Below, in pieces: positions 26,101 to 43,934 of a stretch of DNA of 55,955 nucleotides (within the stretch, counting starts at the first letter, position 1; every line of letters begins with the position of its first letter). Both the position numbers and the translations under genes were made by a program. The notes under the pieces were generated by a model. That model had not been told where the DNA came from. It worked only from the letters and a program-made list of their open reading frames with translations, and searched no databases. The DNA comes from Macrostomum lignano (Eukaryota): positions 1 through 55,955 of the forward strand of contig NIVC01003479.1 of assembly GCA_002269645.1 (NCBI GenBank), written 5' to 3'.

Positions 26101-27555
26101 CTGTATCTTTACCTAATTCGATCCCAATTCTACATATTTCTAGTTTTAAAATTCTATTTGTCCCTTGATGTGATTATATTCATCCAATATCTATATTTAT
26201 ATTTCCTCTATCAGATAAAAAATTTAAATACGTGTAATTTAAATCTAACTTGTTAATTAACAAAAGTAGGTGACAAACAAAACAGAGCCGAACAAAAATA
26301 TTTGCAATAGACAAAGAAAGCTAAACAATATTCTTCGGTGCTACTGTTCAGGAGAAAATATCCATTACCCTTCCCTGTCGTATCTTATGCATCGCTATGT
26401 ATGTCAGACTGCGCACCTTGCAGACGCTCCCTACCCCCGCCTGACTCATGCCATCCCATTAGCTATATCCTTTGCAGGAAAAAAGGCGTGGATTTTATTT
26501 TACTACACTGCACATTCACTGATTCAGCCGGGCAATAAAGTGCATGCAACAGTAATGGCAGAAACTGGCTATATCAACATGTGCACCTATGTGTATTACT
26601 TAGCTTGTACAAGTTATAGTAAATCTCCGCAATGTTTAGTAGACTGCAGACAAACAGTCGATATTATATGTGTGTTTAGGTTAAAGTTCTTTGCGAACTT
26701 TTTATGCACGCTTCTAAAAACTGGGGATAACGTATACTTCCTGTTTCTGAACTTGGTAAAGTAATTATCCTATCCTAGTACGGGAGCTGAGTCATGCTTT
26801 GAAATACGTCAAATAACATGATACTAGCACACGAAATAATGCTGCAAGGCCAAGAAATGAGGATCTGGGAGGCTGGCCCAGCAACTGAGGATCTGGGAGG
26901 CTGGCCCAGCAACTGACACTCTGGGAGGCTGGCCCAGCAACTGACACTCTGGGAGGCTGGCCCAGCAAATTACACTCTGGGAGGCTGGCCCAGCAACTGA
27001 CACTCTGGGAGGCTGGCCCAGCAACTGACACTCTGGGAGGCTGGCCCAGCAACTGAGGATCTGGAATGTTGGCCCAGGGATCTGGGATGCTGGCCCAGCA
27101 ACTGAGGATCTGAGAGGCTGGCCCAGCAACTGACACTCTGGGAGGCTGGCCTAGCAACTGAGGATCTGGGAGGCTGGCCCAGCAACTGAGGATCTGGGAG
27201 GCTAGCCTAGCAACTGAGGATCTGGGAGGCTAGCCCAGCAACTGAGGATCTGGGATGCTGGCCCAGTAACTGAGGATCTGGGAGGCTGGCCCAGCAACTG
27301 ACACTCTGGGAGGCTGGCCTAGCAACTGAGGATCTGGGAGGCTGGCCCAGCAACTGAGGATCTGGGAGGCTGGCCCAGCAACTGAGGATCTGGGAGGCTG
27401 GCAACCCACACAAGACTTCAGCAGAACCCAGAACGGTCAGAACGTCTGCTAAATCCGAGAGCCGCTCACCTGGACACCTTCGACAGGGTGGGCGTCGGCA
27501 GCGTCAGCTGTACACCGCCGAACTGGAAAGCGTGGCTCGAGTCGTCTTGTTGCAT
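14154..27555 (-). CDS. PK: Pyruvate kinase-like protein (divergent, probably catalytically impaired), 9 exons: complement 27470..27555, 25242..25450, 23897..23988, 22783(or 22767)..23109, 21609..21757, 18217..18344, 16976..17279, 15149..15461, 14154..14485
   Basis: PK-family motifs in order: [77 protein letters not shown]...TNTVR. GT-AG junctions are phase-consistent except exon 4/5, which needs the weaker GTATGT donor 16 nt downstream or an indel/micro-exon. Confidence 0.9.
14595..15056. repeat. Intronic minisatellite, 33-bp unit GGAGGCGAATCTATGGGATGTGGGATCTCTATA
   Basis: Tandem array in PK intron 8. Confidence 0.95.
15480..15800. repeat. Intronic minisatellite, 21-bp unit GAGTGAGATAGATCAGACAGA
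   Basis: Tandem array in PK intron 7. Confidence 0.9.
16420..16925. repeat. Intronic minisatellite, 28-bp unit GACCACCGACACATCAAAGCGACACATA
   Basis: Tandem array in PK intron 7. Confidence 0.93.
17560..18085. repeat. Degenerate ~20-bp repeat, GTGCCATTTTTGAAGGAGAG-like
   Basis: Recurrent GCCATTTT..GAAGG motif in PK intron 6. Confidence 0.8.
18965..19424. repeat. Minisatellite, 28-bp unit CTGGCCCAGCAACTGAGGATCTGGGAGG (array 1 of 3)
   Basis: PK intron 5; same unit at 26855-27403 and 40760-41880. Confidence 0.96.
19880..20690. repeat. Minisatellite, 23-bp unit CAGGTCACTCTATGGGCAACCAT
   Basis: PK intron 5; related array at 23245-23830. Confidence 0.95.
21010..21600. repeat. Purine-rich minisatellite (GATAGAGATAGAGGTAGAGATAGAATGG-like)
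   Basis: Start of PK intron 5; reverse complement of the array at 25475-26115. Confidence 0.93.
22450..22643 (-). mobile_element. tRNA-derived SINE, copy 1
   Basis: Minus strand reads A-box TAGCCTAGTGG, B-box GGTTCAATTCC, then a body (..AGGACACTTAACTCTGCATTGCTTCAGTTCACCCAGCTGTAAATGGGTGCCAGC) shared with 42265-42461. Confidence 0.8.
23245..23830. repeat. Minisatellite, 23-bp unit CATCAGGTCACTCTATAGTTGAC
   Basis: PK intron 3; variant of the 19880-20690 family. Confidence 0.93.
24690..25205. repeat. Minisatellite, 20-bp unit CCCTGACACCCTATTCATTT
   Basis: PK intron 2 tandem array. Confidence 0.9.
25475..26115. repeat. Pyrimidine-rich minisatellite (TCCCATTCTATCTCTACATCTATCTCTA-like)
   Basis: End of PK intron 1; reverse complement of 21010-21600. 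Confidence 0.93.
26855..27403. repeat. 28-bp CTGGCCCAGCAACTGAGGATCTGGGAGG minisatellite (array 2 of 3)
   Basis: PK intron 1; includes the GACACT variant also seen in array 1. Confidence 0.96.
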
Positions 27556-27933
27556 TTTGTTTGTTTTACTAGTTGCTGTGGTGTAGTTGCCGACTTAAAA
27601 AAGTTAAGTTTTTAGCTTGCAACGCAATACAAAACATGCAGTAAAGTTAAAGGAAATTATTTATGTAATATTCAGTTCAATTTCTGTCATACCCACTTTT
27701 ACCTGTCACGTATTTAACCATCATATGAACTAAGGTGCCTGCCAGTTTAACTAAACTCTCGCTAATGATCGATCACTAACGCTATTGAAATAACAACAGA
27801 AGTAGCCGTAATAACTTTTACAATACTCCATATATGCAATACAAACAATCGTTAAGGAGGAAGCTGGCAGGAACTAAGGCTTGTTCGGACACTTAGGGGA
27901 GAGGAAGTGAAGCGGCTCGGACAGTCAGGGGAA

Positions 27934-28055
<122 letters not shown>

Positions 28056-28254
28056 GTGACCGTTTGGGAAATATCCCAGCGGCGTGTGCGTTACGCATGC
28101 ATCTGCCTGTCTGTCTACAAGGATAAAGGGTTGACAGGAAAAGAGACCTACAGTATACTGCGTAGCTAGATCAAGGAGATCTTGACTAAGAATCTGGAGT
28201 ACCAACTTTGTCCAAACCACATATAACTGCAAGGCTGCAAAGCTACAGAGCAAT

Positions 28255-28480
28255 CAGTGTTGCTCAGACAACGCTGCTAACTTTGGGTTCGATTCCCATG
28301 GGATTCTCGCGCGATTCACAGCCATCAGGGCCAACCCCCAAGACACAGAGAGTACACATTAGAAAGTCAAAGGGCCGATGTACACCCTGTGTGAGAATTT
28401 GTATGGAGTGTGCAAATGGAGTCAGCGGAATGTGCAAGAATTGCCTCAGCGCTGGTTCTTGAGACGATGTCGCCAAAGGC
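28255..28480 (+). mobile_element. Probable second tRNA-derived SINE family (diverged)
   Basis: B-box GGTTCGATTCCC at ~28286; the downstream body (AGGGCCGATGTACACCCTGTGTGA...GGAGTCAGCGGAATG...GAGACGATGTCGCCAAAGGCGTT) is homologous to minus-strand 49730-49875. Confidence 0.55.
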
Positions 28481-30766
28481 GTTGATCCAAAATGCGTCAG
28501 AGTTTACTGTTTGGTGGAATCGACGATTATAAAAATAATGTAGCTATATAGTCTGAGATAGTTTCGCAGAATTTTCAGAAACGTCTTGTTTACGACGTAA
28601 ATTTCTTTCGAACTCAGCTTATCATCCATCACTCAGATGCTACAGTTTTAAGTGAGACACGTAGAATCTATACGGATTTTGTAAGCAGAACCAACTTATG
28701 AAATGGTTCTGTAGTGTTAGTCTTATCGTGTCATGAAAATGAGGGTCTGGGAACAACTGGTAGTTTGGATTATGGGTTCAAGGCCTCCTTGGCTAGGCTT
28801 ATGCTTACCTGACGACAAAGCAGACTATTATAATAGATATTATTATTACTATTACTAAACCCGGTAACGACTAATGAGAAAAGAAACCATGGGGGATGAA
28901 AAAACTCTGCGTGTGGGACGAAAAGTGGACGAACGAAAAGCAAACTGACTGAACAACATTTTTTGTGCACTGCGGTTCAAATCCCAAGAGAGGGGGGGGG
29001 AATCCTGAAACAAATGCTTGACTGGAAAAAATAAAGGAAGAAAGGAAAGTGTCTGCGGCAGATATATATGAAGAATTTGGTTTAGATGAATGGAAGCCAT
29101 ATAAGAATAAAGCCCGGGAATTGCGGCTGTCGCATCTGAGGGGGAGAACAGGTGAAAGAAAAAATTCAAATTGGCTTATTAGTCTTCCTAAGCATCTCTT
29201 TTTTTCTAGCGGAATCCTATAATTAAGCATTCTCAAATTCGGCATGCAGCAAAAAACTCGTCAGAGATGGTTAACGATGCAGTTGCCATTGGATACTCAC
29301 AGCAAGCCGAGCTTTGCACCGAATTCGAGCAAGCAATGGCGGGTGCAGACTCGGGGGGGGGGAAGAGAACCGAATACTGACTTGAAACAGAACAGGAGAG
29401 ACAGGGGTGAAGAGACAGGATCCAGCATAGGCCGGACAGGTAGCCGGGGAGACGAGAGCAGGGATTAGAATTTTCTCTATCCACTGAAGCTCCCATCCTC
29501 CAAGGCTGCACATCGAATGTCCCCAGATTTTCATCCCTGAGAGAGGGTAAGAGATGCGAGCAGGTTACACTTGCGAGTAAATCCCGGAATCGAACTTGGA
29601 GACTTGCGTTCGGGGACGGAAAGGAAAAGGCAGACATAGGAGGCAACTTACCTCTCCGCTCGGAACTGGAGGGAGGGGTTTGACTGTCAGGTGCCCGTTT
29701 TCTCTTTAGGACAAGATCAGAGCACACATTAAGGGTGCCAGGTGTGCAGCGGCAAGCTCAACTCAAGCTGCCTGCCTGTACCTTTTCCTAATTTAAAGTG
29801 AGATCAGGACGAGGAGACGGGGCAGACTCTAGGAGTGAGAAGGAACTCTTCTCTGACGACGACCGAACTCAAGATCTTGGCAAGCGAAATCTATCTATTC
29901 CATTCAGTTGAAAAAAGAAATACCCGAGTCCATCAAGAGCAACAAGGTAAGATTGCTTGCATTGTTGAATTTGGCACTTTTCTGCAAATTTCTAGCAACC
30001 GTTTGATTAGCCTTAATTGTGCCAAGAACCGCATAGCTTTCTGGATAAGCATGCCATTAAGAAACATTGGCTACGATTTCATGTCAATATTTAGCATACA
30101 CAGCAGCAGCTGAAAAAATGGTGCCAAGACAGTTTTATTAAGGAATGACGAATGCAAGAGAACTGTTTAATACACGAATTATGCAGTGCAGCAGTTGAAC
30201 ACTATTGCTAGTTGCCATATTGACAGTATAGCACGAGGGTTGTAAGAAAAGTTTCGTGTATTGAGGCATAGCCTGGTTTTAGACCTACGAGTACTCGTAG
30301 CTGACAAAACAAAGGTTTTGCCACAAACAATTTCATATATAAAGAGCTCGTAGCTCCAGTTTACGGCTCGTATGGCTCGTAGCCATCAAGTCATAAGGGT
30401 GGAAAATTCTTCCGCATCGGCCATGCTCACCGGACCTCAGCCCATGGGACCTTTTCCTCTTTCCCCTTCAGTTCAGCATGGGGGAAGAGATTAACTGTGC
30501 GCCTTAAGGCGGTAATCGCGGCTGTGGCAAACAATGGCAAGCTAGGCTGCTGCCATTGAGGAGCTCGTGTGGCGTTGGCAGACATCATGCTGCATAAGGC
30601 TCTCATCAGAATGCCATCTGATTTGGATTGAAGACTAAATTGAATTGAATTCGCTGTAAATATTTCGAGCAAAGATCGATTTTTGTGGAACTTCTGTTCG
30701 TTTATCATTTCAGAACGGTTTTCAAGGTTGGCAAGCTACCTTACAGTCAAGAACACACGTATAAAA

Positions 30767-31258
30767 ATGGTACTATTTCTATGGGGATCAAGTCTGAAAC
30801 AATTCAGCAGACGCGATCGACACCTGTACTACACCTGCCACGCTCTGCTGCTAATTAGCATGGCTGCTATGGCAACTGCACTCCTAACCATCATAATTAT
30901 CTCTCTGACTGTGCAATCGCCCTACATAGGAGCCGCTGCTCGTCAGTTTACTAACAATCTAAGAATTGGTGCCATTCTGGCCGTTGGTTTTTGCAGTTTA
31001 GGCCTGGCAGTGTCCGCCCTGGGCACCAGATGGATTGCTGGCAAGAATCGAATCGGACTAGTTGTACTGGCGGACGAAGACAGCGACGGCGGACCAGAGG
31101 ACGACAAGATGGTAATTAACAAAATGAAGACTAATAATAACAAAGTTGGAGATATTGACGCCGAGAGCAAGGCGCAGCGGACTGATGGTACGGAACCGAC
31201 TAATTTCGTCTACTACGAATTGGTTGCTAAGAGCAACGGAATGAAGTTCGGCAAATAA
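30767..31258 (+). CDS. Hypothetical small membrane protein, 163 aa, two predicted TM helices and acidic/polar tail
   Basis: ATG in AAAAATGG context; non-repetitive ORF with hydrophobic stretches (ALLLISMAAMATALLTIIIISLTV; IGAILAVGFCSLGLAVSALG). Candidate 5'-UTR splice signals at ~29948 (AAG|GTAAGA) and ~30713 (TTTCAG). No family recognised. Confidence 0.55.
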   Translation: MVLFLWGSSLKQFSRRDRHLYYTCHALLLISMAAMATALLTIIIISLTVQSPYIGAAARQFTNNLRIGAILAVGFCSLGLAVSALGTRWIAGKNRIGLVVLADEDSDGGPEDDKMVINKMKTNNNKVGDIDAESKAQRTDGTEPTNFVYYELVAKSNGMKFGK

Positions 31259-31439
31259 TCAACGAAATGAAAATATCTCTTTGTCCATTAACATTAATAA
31301 CTGTCATGCAATCTTCTTTGGCGAATGGGATGAAAATCAATTTTAGCTCGTAAATCCCAAAAATTACCGGAAATTATGAGCAGGATAGATCGATTCCCTT
31401 GAAATTTGTTAATGCATCACGAAAACAGGTAGACTCAGG

Positions 31440-31730
31440 GAGGAGCTAGCTGTGAGGGCTGGGTTAGGAAAAAGGTGGTTAGCTGTGTGAGGGCTGGGTT
31501 AGGAAAGGGGTTAGGTGTGCGAGGGCTGGGTTAGGAAAGGGGTTAGGTGTGTGAGGGCTGGGTTAGGAAAGGGGTTAGGTGTGTGAGGGCTGGGTTAGGA
31601 AAGGGATTAGCTGTATGAGGGCTGGGTTAGGAAAGGGGTTAGCTGTGTGAGGGCTGAATTAAGAAAGGGGTTAGCTGTGCGAGGGCTGGGTTAGGAAAGG
31701 GGTTAGCTGTGTGAGGGCTGGGCTATGAGG
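31440..31730. repeat. G-rich minisatellite, 32-bp unit GTGAGGGCTGGGTTAGGAAAGGGGTTAGCTGT
   Basis: Tandem array with several GGG runs per unit. Confidence 0.92.
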
Positions 31731-32649
31731 GCTCGAGTGAATGGGTAAGGAAGCGAGTTGTCTGATATTTTTAAGGTAAGAAATGCTACTACTTTAGGAT
31801 GCTACTATGCTACTATTTTTCTCATTTAATTGTCAAGAACTCCGTCCCAAAAAGCAATACTGCATATAAAACCCTTTAACTGTAAACTGTCAGTGACACT
31901 TTCCGTTCACAAAATCGCTTGCCACACCACCCGCAGTAAAATCGAAACTACTCGTACAATGTTTTTTACACAAAGTCGCACAGATTCTCTTAGGCTAGCG
32001 GTGAAAAGGCTATTTTCCTTATTTTGTTTTATAGCTTCGTGAAATTTTGTATATCTGTCGATAATGCTAACCTTAAAAAGCTGTCGACGTAGTTTACGAA
32101 TCAATTTCTTTCTTTTTTTAAATTCAATGTAAATTGCAGACAATATTAATCGAATTGTCTCGCACTAAATTTGCGATTCAACCTATGCTTCTCATCGTAG
32201 TGTCCGATGTTTTTACAATGCAAAAAGCTGATGAAAATAACATTATGATGCCCAAACCCACACAGATTGTGGAAAATATAACCTAACTGAAAACCCTGAT
32301 TTACCTTTAGTTAGTCCTGTTGTTGCCCGCAAAATCGGTGTTTTCTTTCGCTGAGTTTCGCTACTTAAATGCTTTGTTTACATCACTTTGTTGAATTCTA
32401 TTATAATAGGACTTCTTTAAAAAAGCTTACGACATACTTAAACCAGCTATTTTGGCCTCTAAAATGCACTATTGAAAATATTACAAGTTTGCTACTTAGT
32501 CAGTGCCTTCAGGCATCACTGAACAGGGAGCAGAAGGGATCCCTGGTAGGGAAAAGTCATGCTTCTCCTGGAAAGATCTTGTCTCGGCCGCCAAAATGGC
32601 GCTAAAAGCTTACAGTCATTATAGGGGGGGATTTAGGACTTTTGCCCAC

Positions 32650-33215
32650 CTACCTGTGGGACCTGGGACTCTTATCCGCCCACCTATAGGATCTGGGACT
32701 CTTATCCGCCCACCTATAGGGTCCGGGACTCTTATCCGCCCACCTATAGGATCTGGGACTCTTTATCCACCCACCTATAGGATCTGGGACTCTTATCCAC
32801 CCACCTATAGGATCTGGGACTCTTATCCACCCACCTATAGGGTCCGGGACTCTTATCCGCCCACCTATAGGATCTGGGACTCTTATCCACCCACCTATAG
32901 GATCTGGGACTCTTATCCACCCACCTATAGGATCTGGGACTCTTATCCACCCACCTATAGGATCCGGGACTCTTATCCGCCCACCTATAGGATCTGGGAC
33001 TCTTATCCGCCCACCTATAGGATCTGGGACTCTTATCCGCCCACCTATAGGATCTGGGACTCTTATCCACCCACCTATAGGATCCGGGACTCTTATCCGC
33101 CCACCTATAGGATCTGGGACTCTTATCCGCCCACCTATAGGATCTGGGACTCTTATCCGCCCACCAATAGGATCTGGGACTCTTGCCCACCAAACTATGG
33201 GATTTGGGACTCTAA
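32650..33215. repeat. Minisatellite, 30-bp unit CTGGGACTCTTATCCGCCCACCTATAGGAT
   Basis: Tandem array; explains ORFs 32503-33249. Confidence 0.96.
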
Positions 33216-34028
33216 CTACCATATCAAACAACTTATATTAAAACTCTAAGAAATAAACAAGACAAAGAGTCACTACTAGTAATTATATAATAATCGAAAT
33301 TGCAACTGAAAAAGCCACGTATACATATAAATATGTATATCATCATCATCGTAACGAATAATAAATAAATAGAGATCGAGTTAGAAAAGGTATAGAAGGC
33401 GGGACAAAGTATTTGAATCATGAAGTGATTATTGATTATTAGTTACACGCAGTTAATATAATCAGATTTATAAACACATACATGTAAAGTGACTGGCTAA
33501 CAGAACACTAAAACAAACCTTGCAAAGCACGCCGAAATTTTTACTGAACTTTTATTTATTTTACTGAATTATATCTTTAAAAAACACACAAAAACAGCAC
33601 ATTTAAAACCCTACAAAACAATAACTGGTTTATTTAGCACGAAGGTCATAGCAATGATGTACAATACGCTTCTTTCTAGTGTGCAAATATTACTAACTAC
33701 CAGACACGCTAAAAAAGGCATTTAAATCGTTAATAATTCAGTCAACAACATGTAATTAGTAAGCAAAATAGGTGACAGTCTTTCAATCTACTACTACAGA
33801 AATATATAAGCAAAGCATTAGAGACTGTGTTACATGTACTCAGACAGACGCAAGAGTAAACACAATGAATCAAAGTTATTATACAACTATTATTATATAG
33901 ATTGCATGCAATACTAAATTAATAGTGCATTTATCACACAGTGGCATGCATTTGAATGTCTAATTCTAATAACAACTAGCTAATAATTCATGTTTTTCAT
34001 TTTATTTAGTAAATTTAGCTTTCAATTT

Positions 34029-34270
34029 AAGACACAGCCTACCATATTTAACCCACGCTTTGATCATTGTCTATGGCCAAACCCGTGTATTGGGGAGAGC
34101 ATTGAATTAAAGACACAGCCTACCATACTTAACCCACGCTTTGATCATTGTCTATGGCCTAACCCGTGTATTGGGGAGAGCATTGAATTAAAGACACAGC
34201 CTACCATACTTAACCCACGCTTTGATCATTGTCTATGGCCAAAATCGTGTATTTGGGAGAGCATTGAATT
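34029..34270. repeat. Three tandem copies of an 81-bp unit
   Basis: AAGACACAGCCTACC starts at 34029, 34110 and 34191. Confidence 0.95.
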
Positions 34271-35354
34271 TTAGACGTTGAGCAGTTCTAAATGGTTTTG
34301 ACCATAGAAAGAAAGTAGAATTGATTTACAGTGGCTCATAATAAGTGCTAGAATTCTTAAATAAAATGAAAAAATGGTATATAACAATTACACCTAAAAC
34401 CTGAATGCTGGTTTTCTATTAGTTTCTATCAGCATAAACAAATCATTCATTTTCGAAGCACAAAGTTACTACAATATATGGATATGAGACAATACAAAAT
34501 TGCACTGATATTTATAGTGTTTAAACAGTAGTAGAGAAAGGGTACAGACCTGCTAACCAGTACTTGGATATTGCAGTCCGCTGTGCTTTAACATAAAAGA
34601 TAGGCAAAAATTATAGAAAAAAACTACTTTTAAGTTACTTACTAAAACGAATAAATTATGTTTTGATATTTTAAAAACAATAAATAAGTTTGTGATCTTG
34701 GCCAATCAAGGCCCTAACCATAGTTGATAAATACTGTAAATGAGCATTATATAAGCTGGTACAGTCGGCAAGGATTAGAAAAAAAACTTTTAGTCATGTT
34801 AGTTTCATAAATAAAAAGCTACTAATTATCAGGTAATTATCTAATTATCTGCAGCTTAAATTAATTTTCATAGCAGTAAAACAAAAACAGCGAGAGTAAT
34901 TGTTGTTTTCTCTTAGCAACGAAAACAAGAAAAATGGAGATCGAAAATTGCAAAATTTGCTTCACCAAATTTAACGTATCACAATTGAACTAATATCTTA
35001 ATAATTACATTTTTTTATTGTTTACGCTTCGGCTTAACCACAACAAATATCAATCGAATATCGAAATTTCAGCATAAAAAAACAATTTTGCTAAAAAGTA
35101 AAATTATAAAATAGCTTATAAACACTTACTTGTAATCATATATAGGTGACAATTTAACTGAAAATAATTTGCTTAACGCCTCATTGCAATGATTTGTTGT
35201 TACTGCATATGCAGGACACACGCATCAAATTTTACAATTTATTAGAGAAATAAAGTCCTACTAGATAACCAAAAACAACAACACAAACAAATTATTATAA
35301 TCTAGTAGCAAAATACCGTGCAAAAATTTAAATATCGTCCAATTAGTGTTGTCA

Positions 35355-35785
35355 AAGCCTCCGCTATTAGACACCCCATCAGCTCAATCTGAGCAGTTCT
35401 CAGCCTCCGCTATTAGACACTCCATCAGCTCAATCTGAGCAGTTCTCAGCCTCCGCTATTAGACACCCCATCAGCTCAATCTGAGCAGTTCTCAGCCTCC
35501 GCTATTAGAGACACCCCATCAGCTCAATCTGAGCAGTTCTCAGCCTCCGCTATTAGAGACACCCCATCAGCTCAATCTGAGCAGTTCTCAGCCTCCGCTA
35601 TTAGACACCCCATCAGCTCAATCTGAGCAGTTCTCAGCCTCCGCTATTAGACACCCCATCAGCTCAATCTGAGCAGTTCTCAGCCTCCGCTATTAGACAC
35701 CCCATCAGCTCAATCTGAGCAGTTCTCAGCCTCCGCTATTAGACACCCCATCAGCTCAATCTGAGCAGTTCCCAGCCTTTGCTCT
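35355..35785. repeat. Minisatellite, 46/48-bp unit CAGCCTCCGCTATTAGACACCCCATCAGCTCAATCTGAGCAGTTCT
   Basis: About nine near-identical tandem copies. Confidence 0.96.
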
Positions 35786-36368
35786 TAGACTCAAAGCAGT
35801 CAATCTTTCACTGTATAGCTTAGAACCAAATCAACCTTAAACAAACCTTAATAGTAAAATTAAAATGGCAAAATTAACGTAGTCCAAAATATCTGTATCC
35901 GTTTAGTAGAAAAAAAACTAAAATATATTCTGCTTAAACTGCGCACTAAAATGTCGTGCTTGATATTTTTTCAATTCGTTTTTCTCTATACCTCCTACGC
36001 CTATGCAAGCTAATCCTGATCTACAATATTCCTAAATGTGTCAATAGACAACCAGTACTATTGGCATCGCCAAAAAAGGTAATGGGAAGGCAGAGTTCTG
36101 TCTAACAAAGTCTACCAAACAGATGCCAAAATATAAAAGTACACACAGACATAAACATATTAGTATCAATTAGTATCGTGCCGCAGTGTCCCAGAACAGA
36201 AAAGGCAACTGGACAGATGTCAGGCCAAACACGCACGCACAAATACATTATATAAGACTGCTTAATTGGATGATTTATATATATATATATAATCGTCTTC
36301 ATAAACTGGAAGGCATGCAGTTATATAGTGACAATGGTTACAGGCTGTTAAGGATAAGCATCTACCGG

Positions 36369-42937
<6,569 letters not shown>

Positions 42938-43934
42938 GTTTTATTAGATTTAAGCACCACCTGTGGCACAATAGATATTTAATAATAAGGAAGGCACTAA
43001 ATTACTGTTGACTAAACTAACGTTGACAAACTTTTTTTAAATATCGAATTGCGCGCCGCTAGCAACTAAATTGGCGTTTTGGCTGCGCAATTTTTTTGAG
43101 TAAACTGCAATATCACATGTGGCACAGGAATGGGAGAGGCCAATGATTTAAACATGCAGTAATGTATACAAAAAATAACTAAAATACAAAAAACTATTTG
43201 GGATCCCACCTTATAAGCTTAAGTTTACTTAATGGTCCCTAATTGTGCCCTCGCTTGTTCTCTACTATTTCAGGTCCAATTTTTGTACATTTTCCCCCAA
43301 ATTCAGCTTCCTGGTGTCAATGTGAGCAGAATGGCATATAATTTGTGTACATAGGTTACTTGGGCTTCACTTTATGAGCTTAAGTTGACAGGCTTTTTTG
43401 TATGCATCTAGCATATATAAGGTATTTTGGCTACAATGTATTTTAGTATTTATAGCCTACCTTGACTATTGTGATAGAATTAAAGAAGTATGATAACAAC
43501 TTAGAAAAAGTAGACTGCTTTAGCTGCTAATATAATTAAAACAGAAAATGACATTTTAGGTTAGAGCTACAATGCCAAAGTTAAGAATACTATTTACTTG
43601 GTATTACTTGGTAGGATACTTGTGGTCTAGGGGATTCTTTCAATTTAGGGGGAATGCTTATTATCTTTGTTAAGACTTTATTTTGTTGTATCTTTTTGTT
43701 ACTTTTAGAAGCAAGAGATTTATAGGAAGCATCTTTGTCAATTAAAATTTACTTAAATAAGGCAATTTATAAAACTGAAGAAAGAAATAGTTCTTAAGAA
43801 AATGTGCTTTTCAATGGATTAGCATGAATATAAGTTTTTCTCTTTGCTTATTGGGCACCCTGAAAGGGGCATTAGATTGATATTCATTCACTTAAATATA
43901 CTATTTGAAAGATGGGTAATTTTTTTTATTTATA

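Noticed and set aside
28208-28462. Cys-rich small proteins (28208..28462 and 49643..49903 both contain GRCTPCV)
   Set aside because: The similarity is nucleotide-level homology of a SINE-like repeat and the peptides diverge by indels.
31440-31730. Interstitial telomere
   Set aside because: No tandem TTAGGG; only TTAGG motifs within a 32-bp unit.
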